Origin: Eubacterium sp. CAG:180
GTDB taxonomy: Bacteria > Bacillota > Clostridia > Oscillospirales > CAG-272
NCBI GenBank assembly: GCA_963628215.1
Contig: CAVGEJ010000002.1
Coordinates: 4,620 to 68,619 of the forward strand
DNA length: 64,000 nt
Direction: 5' to 3'
The translations under genes and the position numbers were made by a program. Positions 57,377 through 64,000 of the stretch are shown in pieces. Under the pieces are notes generated by a model, which saw nothing but the letters and a program-made list of their open reading frames with translations, searched no databases and was not told where the DNA came from. Within the stretch, counting starts at the first letter, position 1, and each line of letters opens with the position of its first letter.

Positions 57377-57405
57377 AGTATAGCAAAATACAGAAAGAAT
57401 GTCAA
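57377..57405 (-). promoter_or_regulatory. near-consensus sigma-A promoter in front of the recombinase gene
   Basis: On the minus strand: TTGACA (57400-57405), 17 nt, TATACT (57377-57382) with TGc extended -10. Confidence 0.6.
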
Positions 57406-57599
57406 CCGTGCGAACTCTTCCGCGTCCCTTGCCGCTCGACAGACTCCACACAGCGGTCATATTGCGACCGATTGATTAAGCCCCTTTCCAATAAAGAGGA
57501 CAGAATCGCAATCTGATATTGGATAATAAACGCCGCGTGGCTCTGCTCCGTGATTTCGGATGTCATACCTCCCAAATCGATAAAATTTCGTTTCTTCAT
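57402..57599 (-). CDS. small hypothetical protein (65 aa) immediately upstream of the recombinase
   Basis: ATG at 57599 after GGGAGGGAGG. MKKRNFIDLGGMTSEI... No family recognised. Confidence 0.5.
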   Translation of the reverse strand: MKKRNFIDLGGMTSEITEQSHAAFIIQYQIAILSSLLERGLINRSQYDRCVESVERQGTRKSSHG

Positions 57600-57672
57600 T
57601 CTGTCCTCCCTCCCATCTGTAATAATGTATTCCGCAGGGGCTGTACGGTACCACAGTTGCCGCGCAAAATAA

Positions 57673-58023
57673 TCAGGTATCAATTCCGACGCTGACTAAT
57701 AATGCCATTTCCACCTTTCTCATTGTTTCTGCGTCTACTATTCCCACCCGCCATCGGATGCGGGATTTATCTATCGTGCGGATCTGCTCCAACAGCACCG
57801 TCGAACAGGCAAACAACCCGTCACAAACAATCGGCACATGGGTTGGTTGGTGCGATTTCTTTCCGACTTTACTGGTAACCGGTGCGACAACCGTAGTCGG
57901 GCTGTATTTATTTCCGATGTCATTCTGGATAATCAGAACCGGACGAAGCCCGCGTTGCTCCGAACCAACGGTCACTCCGAGGTCTGCGTAGTAGATTTCA
58001 CCCCTTTTGATTCTTCTCATCAT
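57673..58023 (-). CDS. mazF: type II toxin, MazF/PemK family endoribonuclease
   Basis: 116 aa. RGEIYYADLG, GSEQRGLRPVLIIQND and LLEQIRTIDKSR are typical of MazF/PemK. Confidence 0.88.
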   Translation of the reverse strand: MMRRIKRGEIYYADLGVTVGSEQRGLRPVLIIQNDIGNKYSPTTVVAPVTSKVGKKSHQPTHVPIVCDGLFACSTVLLEQIRTIDKSRIRWRVGIVDAETMRKVEMALLVSVGIDT

Positions 58024-58306
58024 TCGCTACCTCTGTACCATGCGGTAAGCCATCAATCGGAGTCGGGTTTACGAACAATTCCTGTAGCCGTCTCCCAATC
58101 TCACGGATTTCCGGATTGTCAAATCGGTTCAGTCGTTGCAGGATCAGATAAAATTCCGCTCGCGGTGCCGGTTTCGGGACAAAGCCTTTGATGAGCATCC
58201 GTAAGTAATCCGAACAATACATCCCTGCGGCTCTGGCATTCGCGTGAAGCATTCGGTTCTCCGAACGGCTCAATCGGAGTTCAAAGTGATGCTGTTTCTT
58301 TTCCAT
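57998..58306 (-). CDS. ribbon-helix-helix / MobC-like small protein, candidate cognate antitoxin
   Basis: 102 aa. FELRLSRSENRMLHANARAAGMYCSDYLRMLI fits a beta-alpha-alpha RHH. The 3' end overlaps the mazF start by 26 nt. Confidence 0.6.
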   Translation of the reverse strand: MEKKQHHFELRLSRSENRMLHANARAAGMYCSDYLRMLIKGFVPKPAPRAEFYLILQRLNRFDNPEIREIGRRLQELFVNPTPIDGLPHGTEVANDEKNQKG

Positions 58307-58720
58307 GCCACAATCCTCCTTGCGTTTTTATGTATCCGGATTTCCGGAAGGTTTCCTCTATGTTTGGGTGAGGTGTGCCTTTTGCCCCGGAAATCCGGCT
58401 GACACCGTATTTGTCCGCGACGCCCCCGGTATCAGGGAAGTTCATCAGCGGCGGATTGCGAATCCGCTCCATAGGAATCTCACCTCCGCCGGGTACTCCG
58501 CCGGTTGCGCCTTTCGGCTACAAAAGTATCATTGTCCCGCGTCCCTGTTATCGCCCTCCACGGAGTGCAGCTCCGTTTCACCCGAAGTATCGCTGAATCG
58601 CTCCCTCCATTGTAGCAAGGGAGATCATGGCGCGCCTTTCGGACTTGGCTTGTCCGCTCATCGCAGACAGGACCGGTAATGTGCTGATGAAATGGTATTC
58701 AGTTTTGGAATGGCTTTTCG

Positions 58721-59050
58721 TTACGCAGTCGGTCGCCTGAATGTTTTCAGAATCCCCTGCATGGTAGCAAGATCATCCCCGCACAGCGTCTCGGAAAGTC
58801 TTTCAAGCAAGTCAGTTTGGATGTCGGTCAGGTATTTCATGCCCAAACGGTAGCCGTCAGCGATGTACACTCCACCGCCAGGACCGGTTACCGTAAAAAT
58901 CGGATGGACAATCGACAATACCCGAATGTCACGCATGACCGCAAAGCGTGAAACATGAAATTCGTTTGCCAAAGCTGAAGTTGTTGTCTTTCGTTTGGCA
59001 AGCAATACATCCAAAACCTGTATTCTGCGCTCTGCGGCTGTCATCGCCAT
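58721..59050 (-). CDS. HTH domain protein (DeoR/HTH_11-like N-terminus)
   Basis: 109 aa. RRIQVLDVLLAKRKTTTSALANEFHVSRFAVMRDIRVL. Confidence 0.7.
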   Translation of the reverse strand: MAMTAAERRIQVLDVLLAKRKTTTSALANEFHVSRFAVMRDIRVLSIVHPIFTVTGPGGGVYIADGYRLGMKYLTDIQTDLLERLSETLCGDDLATMQGILKTFRRPTA

Positions 59051-59199
59051 CCTCCTTTCCTGTTTGATGGCAACATTGTAACATTTATCTGTTGTACTTC
59101 ACGCAACAAATTCCAAAAATATTTTTCGTCATTTCCAATAATATTTTTGTGTCTCGCTCCACCGTTCTTATCAATTAGGGTAATCCATTTGCTTTTCAC
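59041..59199 (-). CDS. possible 52-aa ORF in the low-GC island (GTG start), coupled to the HTH gene
   Basis: AAGGAG 7 nt before the GTG at 59199. The stop TGA overlaps the ATG of the HTH gene. AT-rich codons, no family. Below the ORF-track size cut-off and translated by hand. Confidence 0.3.
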   Translation of the reverse strand: MKSKWITLIDKNGGARHKNIIGNDEKYFWNLLREVQQINVTMLPSNRKGGWR

Positions 59200-59424
59200 G
59201 CTGTAATCTCCTTTTTTGATTTATAAAAGCACCAAAAGCGGAGATTACGGGTATTTTGCTATATAGGTCAGCCAATAGTCAGATTACATAAAAAGCCCAT
59301 TCCGCAAAGCCGGAACAGGCTTGTATGTGTGTATGGCAGGTAAGGCAATCAGAACAGGACTTTGGTAGAGCTATTCCGGATTTGCTTATCATTCATAATT
59401 ATAGGAAGATAACCGGCTGAAAAA

Positions 59425-59472
59425 GGCACAAAAATAGTGGCTGTGAAAATCCATTCGGAAATTCACAGCCAC
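59425..59472 (-). terminator. intrinsic terminator ending the EEP-lipoprotein operon
   Basis: 11-bp stem GTGGCTGTGAA (59437-59447) with TTCACAGCCAC (59462-59472), followed on the minus strand by TATTTTTGT. Confidence 0.7.
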
Positions 59473-59617
59473 ATCTGTTAGCTGAAACAATAGAATATTA
59501 TTCTAAATCGGTGCAACAATCGCCCCTCATCCATTGCACCGCACTTCCTTTTTGAACGGAAGAAAAACGATGCAACAGATGAAAACTCCAACTATGTCAG
59601 GCAGGAATAAACCAATC

Positions 59618-61444
59618 TCACGGCAGCGTCACATCTACAAAATGTGGGGCGTGATCGGATGTGAGAAGCGCGTAGCGGTCAAGAATACGGTGATAGTTGT
59701 TGACGGTCACATCGCCCATCACCAGCGCATGGTCAATGGCTCTGCCGGCAAAATAGGTATTGCCCGGCTTTTTCCACACGGTATATGCCTGATAGGTTTC
59801 GTCAAAGACCTGCGGATAACCGATGCGTGCGGCGCGGTCATCCTTACGTTTTGCCACCTTGAAGGCATGGGAAAAGCCCTTCTGCTCCAGCAGATACACC
59901 GGGTTGCCCTCGGCTTCCACATAGTCGTGATTAAGGTCACCACCGGCAATCACGGCAATATCCGGATACTTCTCACGGATCTGCATCGTTGTATCGTATA
60001 GCTCCAGGGAGTTGTTCTGACGAACCACCGTGTCCTGCGAGTCGTTCCACTCCCACCAATAGTGCGTGGTAATCACGGCGAACCGCTTTCCGGTTTCCTT
60101 GTTCTCCAGCACCGCCCAAGTCAAGCCCTTGGAACTGGCATCGTTTTTGCCCTTATAAAGCCGGTAGCCACTGTCGAGGCAGACATAGCGGGACGCCAAA
60201 TAATAGATGGGTGCATAATTGTTATTGCGCGTGTTCTCCTTTGGCAGGACGAACGGTGCCGCAACATAGCCAAGCCCCGCCAATCCGCTTTCAAAACCGT
60301 TGGAATGCGAGATCGGATGGAATTCCTGAAATCCCAGCACACCGGGACGGTAAGAACGGAAAATTTCCAGTTGGAGCCGCAAGCGGGTTGCGGTTTCGAT
60401 TCTGGGATTATGCCCTGAGACATTGTAGAACATCACGCGTTCATCGCCATCCAGCGGAACCGACGATGCGTCATCGGCAGATTCCATCGCATCCCCGGTG
60501 TGGGTCAGCGTATCGGGAAGCCGATAAACGCCTTCCTCCTCTGTTTTCGCGGCGGGAAAAACCGTGTCGCGCAGGTAGTTCCATGCAGAGTCAAAGCCGA
60601 ACATTCCGTCTGCCTCCACCGTAATCTTTCCTTCCGCAATCGACACCGTGTATTTCGTGCTGTCCGTGCTCTTGGTGATGAGAATTTCGTGCTCCTGCCG
60701 CGCATCGGTGTCCTTGACCAGCTTCAGCGCGTAGCCATACTGGTAGGCAAAATAGCACCGGATGTCATGGGCGGCATAGTCCTCCGATATGGTGGCATTT
60801 GCAGGCTCAACAATCTGAAAATCGCGCAGCTCCGCGCCACCGCAGGTAATGGTATCCATAGTAAAATCCCCCAAGCCCCAATGGGCAAGCGACAGCGCAA
60901 CGCGCAGATTGCCCTTGTCCTTCCATTGCGGGCTGATAATTTTGTTTGTAAAATAGGAAAGCGCTTTGACAACCGCTTCCGGCTTCTCGCCGTAGAGCAG
61001 GATATTCTGCCCCCGCACACCGACCCAGTATTTTCCCTCGCGCATAGAGGCTTTGAGGTCGGAGGTATCCGCCAGGGACGTATCCCCGACCAGAATCAGC
61101 GGTTTGTCCGCACTCCCCTGCCACACGGCATCGTTGTAGACCGGCAGCTCTGCGCCATGGTCAGTCTTGACCCGCGTGCGCAGAGCCTCCACTGCCGCCG
61201 AAACATCGGCAGAGGACATCAGCGACCGCGCAAGAACAATGGTGTAGTCGCTTTTCCCATTCCGCACAAGCTCCAGTGCAGGCTCGGCGGGCGCAGGCTC
61301 GGTGTTTGCGCCGGTTTCGGATTCACTTTCGGTTTCGGAACCGTCCGTTCCGCTGTCCGACGGTGTAATCGGATCGTTTTTACAGCTACTCGCCGTGCCG
61401 AGAAGACTCAGCACGGCGAGCAGGCAAAGAATCAGGCGTTTCAA
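59618..61444 (-). CDS. lipoprotein with C-terminal endonuclease/exonuclease/phosphatase (EEP) domain
   Basis: 608 aa. Signal peptide with ..GTASSC. EEP motifs (VLGFQEF, IAGGDLN, LTSDHAPHFVD). TTG start at 61444. Confidence 0.8.
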   Translation of the reverse strand: MKRLILCLLAVLSLLGTASSCKNDPITPSDSGTDGSETESESETGANTEPAPAEPALELVRNGKSDYTIVLARSLMSSADVSAAVEALRTRVKTDHGAELPVYNDAVWQGSADKPLILVGDTSLADTSDLKASMREGKYWVGVRGQNILLYGEKPEAVVKALSYFTNKIISPQWKDKGNLRVALSLAHWGLGDFTMDTITCGGAELRDFQIVEPANATISEDYAAHDIRCYFAYQYGYALKLVKDTDARQEHEILITKSTDSTKYTVSIAEGKITVEADGMFGFDSAWNYLRDTVFPAAKTEEEGVYRLPDTLTHTGDAMESADDASSVPLDGDERVMFYNVSGHNPRIETATRLRLQLEIFRSYRPGVLGFQEFHPISHSNGFESGLAGLGYVAAPFVLPKENTRNNNYAPIYYLASRYVCLDSGYRLYKGKNDASSKGLTWAVLENKETGKRFAVITTHYWWEWNDSQDTVVRQNNSLELYDTTMQIREKYPDIAVIAGGDLNHDYVEAEGNPVYLLEQKGFSHAFKVAKRKDDRAARIGYPQVFDETYQAYTVWKKPGNTYFAGRAIDHALVMGDVTVNNYHRILDRYALLTSDHAPHFVDVTLP

Positions 61445-61581
61445 GAAATCTGATCCTCAAATTCCGAAATGTTGAACGTATCTCCCCAACCCTTGGCGGC
61501 GTGCTGTACGGAGGCGGTCAAAACATCGGCAAATTCCATTGTAACCATGGTCATGGCAGGATTCTGATAGCTTTTTTTCAT
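61441..61581 (-). CDS. possible 46-aa small ORF translationally coupled to the EEP lipoprotein gene
   Basis: Hand-translated: MKKSYQNPAMTMVTMEFADVLTASVQHAAKGWGDTFNISEFEDQIS. AAAGGA RBS. Its TGA overlaps the TTG start of the next gene. Confidence 0.4.
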   Translation of the reverse strand: MKKSYQNPAMTMVTMEFADVLTASVQHAAKGWGDTFNISEFEDQIS

Positions 61582-61600
61582 TACTTTCTACCGTCCTTTC

Positions 61601-62827
61601 TCAGTTTGCGGCAACCGACGTGGCGCTGACGAACACGCCATCCGTGTAAACAACCGTATAAGCCGTTCCGTAAACCTTTTCCGCTCCCTCGCCCTTGGCA
61701 AGCGTCCAGGGCGTCACGGTAAAGGTGTAGGTTCCGGTCTTGGCGAGCCCTTCAATCGTGCAGGCATAGATGTAGTTTGCGCCGTGGTCCTTTGCAGTCA
61801 CCATAGTTGCGCCGTAATCGGCGGTCACGGAATCATAAACGAATTCGCAGGGCTTTTCCACCTTTTTGGTCTTGCCCGCCAGAGTGAAGTCAAAGCCGAC
61901 CGATTCATAGGCGCTGTAATCGGTTTTGTTATCGGTGGTAGCCAGGAAGCGAATACCGTAAGTTTCATCCATGTCTGCCGTCTGTGTACCGAGCAGTTGA
62001 CCAACCGATGCGCTGGTGCAGGGAAGAATGACATCGGGAAGGAGTGCGGGCTCCAGAACTTCCGTTGTACCGTTTCCGTCTTTATTCGGGAAGGTTCCAT
62101 GCACCGCCGTATCATGCTGTGTATGATTCCAGCCCCAGCAGTACGCACCTCCCGCACCAATGGTATAGGTACCGTCCTTTAAACCATCACGAATATACTG
62201 TGGCAGATCAATCTTAAACTCTACAATCGCACAATCATTGGAAACGAGTTTCCAGTCGTCTGTCCGGTCTCTCAAAAAGCTGTACCCATTGGAAGGATCA
62301 ATAGAACCTTCTTCAAAGGCTGCCCTCTTATATTGCCGCGCTGTATAGCATGCTTCCTCCTTAACCTTAAGATCAAACTGCAACCATGCGGATTTTGCGC
62401 CGGTCAGCTCTTTGCCAAGCATCTGGCGGTAGGTATCCTTCGTCCATTTTGCCGTACCATCCTCATTGGTTTCATCGTGCGAATTGACAAAATCAAACTG
62501 CGCCTCCAGAAGTCTGCGATCGCTGGTTTTCCCGTGCTGAATTTCCATGTATGCATACAGGCTGGTTCCGTCCGTTCCGAGCCACATTTTCAGTGCCCCG
62601 ACATTTTTTACGGAATCAATTGTCAGGGTCGGTTCTGCCGTCCAGCCCTCGTCCTCGCCGCGCACGCCGTCAATGGTGACGGTCTTGCCGACAAGGTTTG
62701 CCGCAACAGGTGCCACGGATGCTGTATCCGCCTCGCCCTCGGCGTGTACCGCAACCATTGCGGGGAGTGACAAAACCGCGGTCAGTCCGAGCGCGATCAG
62801 TCGTTTGAACAGGGTCTTGCGTTTCAT
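61601..62827 (-). CDS. secreted hypothetical protein (408 aa)
   Basis: AAGGAG RBS and a signal peptide ending VHAEGE. Beta-rich and Trp/Tyr-rich, so possibly carbohydrate-binding. No family recognised. Confidence 0.6.
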   Translation of the reverse strand: MKRKTLFKRLIALGLTAVLSLPAMVAVHAEGEADTASVAPVAANLVGKTVTIDGVRGEDEGWTAEPTLTIDSVKNVGALKMWLGTDGTSLYAYMEIQHGKTSDRRLLEAQFDFVNSHDETNEDGTAKWTKDTYRQMLGKELTGAKSAWLQFDLKVKEEACYTARQYKRAAFEEGSIDPSNGYSFLRDRTDDWKLVSNDCAIVEFKIDLPQYIRDGLKDGTYTIGAGGAYCWGWNHTQHDTAVHGTFPNKDGNGTTEVLEPALLPDVILPCTSASVGQLLGTQTADMDETYGIRFLATTDNKTDYSAYESVGFDFTLAGKTKKVEKPCEFVYDSVTADYGATMVTAKDHGANYIYACTIEGLAKTGTYTFTVTPWTLAKGEGAEKVYGTAYTVVYTDGVFVSATSVAAN

Positions 62828-62881
62828 TTCGTTTGTCTCCTTTTTGTTTTTATTTCCGGCGGTAAACGCTACCGCATCGGT

Positions 62882-64000
62882 TCAGATGCCGTCAAACAGG
62901 GTTGCGATTTTCTCCTCCACAGCGGGGATTTTTTTATCGATGTAAATCTTCCACGGCGTGTTGTCGCGCATGGCGTAGCCGGGCTGGTCGCAGATACCGT
63001 TTAGGGATTTGCCAAATACTCTGCCAATGTCAAAATACGCGGTGTCACGAATCAGGTTCAGCATATCCATCATTTCCGGGGAGGTGGACTTCGCCGCCTT
63101 CATGGTTGTCTCAAAAATCACCGGCGTAGAGGTACGGTAGCAGGCACTTGCAAGCGCCTCTAAGACCGCAGTATCCATCATAATCCGATTCTCCGGCGTG
63201 TTGTTCATAATACCGTACATGGTAATCGGCTGGCGGACAGCGCCGTAATAGGAGGCCTGGTCGCTGTCGTATTTCGGGCAGGGAACAACGCCAAAAGTAA
63301 ATGTCGCATCTGCGAACATCTTAATCGCAGCGCCGCTCTGTGCAACAGTAAAGAGTGACCGCCCGCTAACAAAGGAACCGGTGAAATTCGCGTCGCCCCA
63401 TTTGCTCTCATCCCCAATGAACGAGCTCTGGTGAATCTTTGCGGAAATATAGTCGATAATATCCTGTGCGCGCTGTCCCTTGAACGCCGAGGAAACCACC
63501 ATCTTTCCAACCTCATTCTTTTCGATAATCGAAACGCCGCATCCGTGCAGGAGTGCCGGAACGTCATAATAATAGGATACCAGCCCCAACTGATCGCCGG
63601 AGGAAACCCCCACCTTGTCATCAACGTTCTCGGTATCCGTATACGCGTCTACGCACATCTCCATCATTTTGGTAATCGTCCACTCATTCCGCTCTACCAG
63701 TTCATAAGGAGATGTCAGCCCTTCAATGTCATCGATCAGCTTCTGATTAAACCACACACTGTAGATCATCTGCACCAGGTTGGTGGAAATATCGCCGGTC
63801 ATGAAGAAAAGCTTGTTGTTGATTTCAATCTTTTCCACCAGTTGCTGCGACCACCACGGCGCTGCGGGATCAATATAGCTGTTCTGAATCTGATTCAAGG
63901 GAAGAAAATGTCCGTCAGTTGTAGCAATTGAGGCATTCTGCGTCTTTGCCGCAATCACATCCCAGTAGATACCGCCCATTTTAGAGGTATCCAGCGTTTG
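62882..64000 (-). CDS. ABC transporter extracellular solute-binding protein (partial; 5' end beyond the window)
   Basis: The reading frame stays open to position 64000. Large family-1 SBP-like sequence (NNKLFFMTGDIS, FGVVPCPKYD). Confidence 0.75.
   Translation of the reverse strand, partial: QTLDTSKMGGIYWDVIAAKTQNASIATTDGHFLPLNQIQNSYIDPAAPWWSQQLVEKIEINNKLFFMTGDISTNLVQMIYSVWFNQKLIDDIEGLTSPYELVERNEWTITKMMEMCVDAYTDTENVDDKVGVSSGDQLGLVSYYYDVPALLHGCGVSIIEKNEVGKMVVSSAFKGQRAQDIIDYISAKIHQSSFIGDESKWGDANFTGSFVSGRSLFTVAQSGAAIKMFADATFTFGVVPCPKYDSDQASYYGAVRQPITMYGIMNNTPENRIMMDTAVLEALASACYRTSTPVIFETTMKAAKSTSPEMMDMLNLIRDTAYFDIGRVFGKSLNGICDQPGYAMRDNTPWKIYIDKKIPAVEEKIATLFDGI

Larger units (their letters stand above)
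55693..59436. mobile_element. integrated element inserted in cotJC (left junction ~55693; right end unresolved, and it may extend beyond 59.4 kb or beyond the window)
   Basis: Abrupt loss of cotJC homology, junction-proximal large serine recombinase, TA module, HTH gene, decayed gene-free stretch and low-GC island. No 3' cotJC fragment in the window. Confidence 0.5.

Noticed and set aside
58305-58679. 124-aa ORF on the plus strand inside the element
   Set aside because: No RBS and a Cys/Pro/Ser-rich nonsense translation. The region looks like decayed minus-strand sequence instead.
59534-60001. 155-aa ORF on the plus strand
   Set aside because: It is mostly antisense to the 3' end of the EEP lipoprotein gene, and its first part lies in the terminator region.
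1-64000. CRISPR arrays, tRNA genes, rRNA genes, tmRNA
   Set aside because: I scanned by eye for regularly spaced direct repeats, GGTTCGAATCC-type T-arms and rRNA signatures, and none were found. A tRNAscan/cmscan run would be the decisive check.

Overview
High-GC (roughly 60% by eye, not computed) chromosomal segment from a spore-forming member of the Clostridia. spoIIR, spo0A, cotJA/B/C, ytfI/ytfJ-like and dacB-like genes are present. Gene order and codon usage look Oscillospiraceae/Ruminococcaceae-like, but the taxon cannot be verified here. Positions 1-55.6 kb are tightly packed core genome: ilvE-panE, ddl, prmC, rbfA-nrnA, spoIIR, RNase P RNA, pflA-pflB, eda-kdgK, a prs paralogue, a rhamnulokinase-like kinase, the yhbY-nadD-yqeK / LCP-rsfS-leuS block, rdgB, the rnc-(radical SAM)-smc-ftsY block, plsX, trmFO, topA, dprA, and infC-rpmI-rplT with an ATT start and leader. 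They continue with lon-engB, scpA-scpB, ytfI/ytfJ-like genes, two D-Ala-D-Ala carboxypeptidases, rluB, spo0A, a DUF134 regulator coupled to a reverse rubrerythrin, a K/A/P-tailed 4x DUF1508 (YegP) protein and cotJA-cotJB. The strongest signal is that cotJC is cut after codon 64 (about 55693) by an integrated element. Its 561-aa large serine recombinase abuts and reads across the junction, which is the architecture of sporulation-gene intervening elements (skin/SPbeta type). The element also carries a MazF toxin with an overlapping RHH/MobC-like partner, a small candidate directionality factor, an HTH protein and a low-GC gene-poor island (59.05-59.6 kb). The 3' part of cotJC is not in this window. 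Other recurring oddities are five intergenic clusters of near-perfect hairpins (four of which share sequence modules), a promoter-to-terminator candidate sRNA between infC and lon, and terminator hairpins whose 3' arm is the Shine-Dalgarno of sporulation genes. One hairpin cluster abuts the stop codons of two convergent genes, and one is a 190-bp MITE-like unit inside an operon. No rRNA, tRNA or CRISPR array was seen. Many long ORFs in the track are antisense shadows of real genes, as expected at this GC content.
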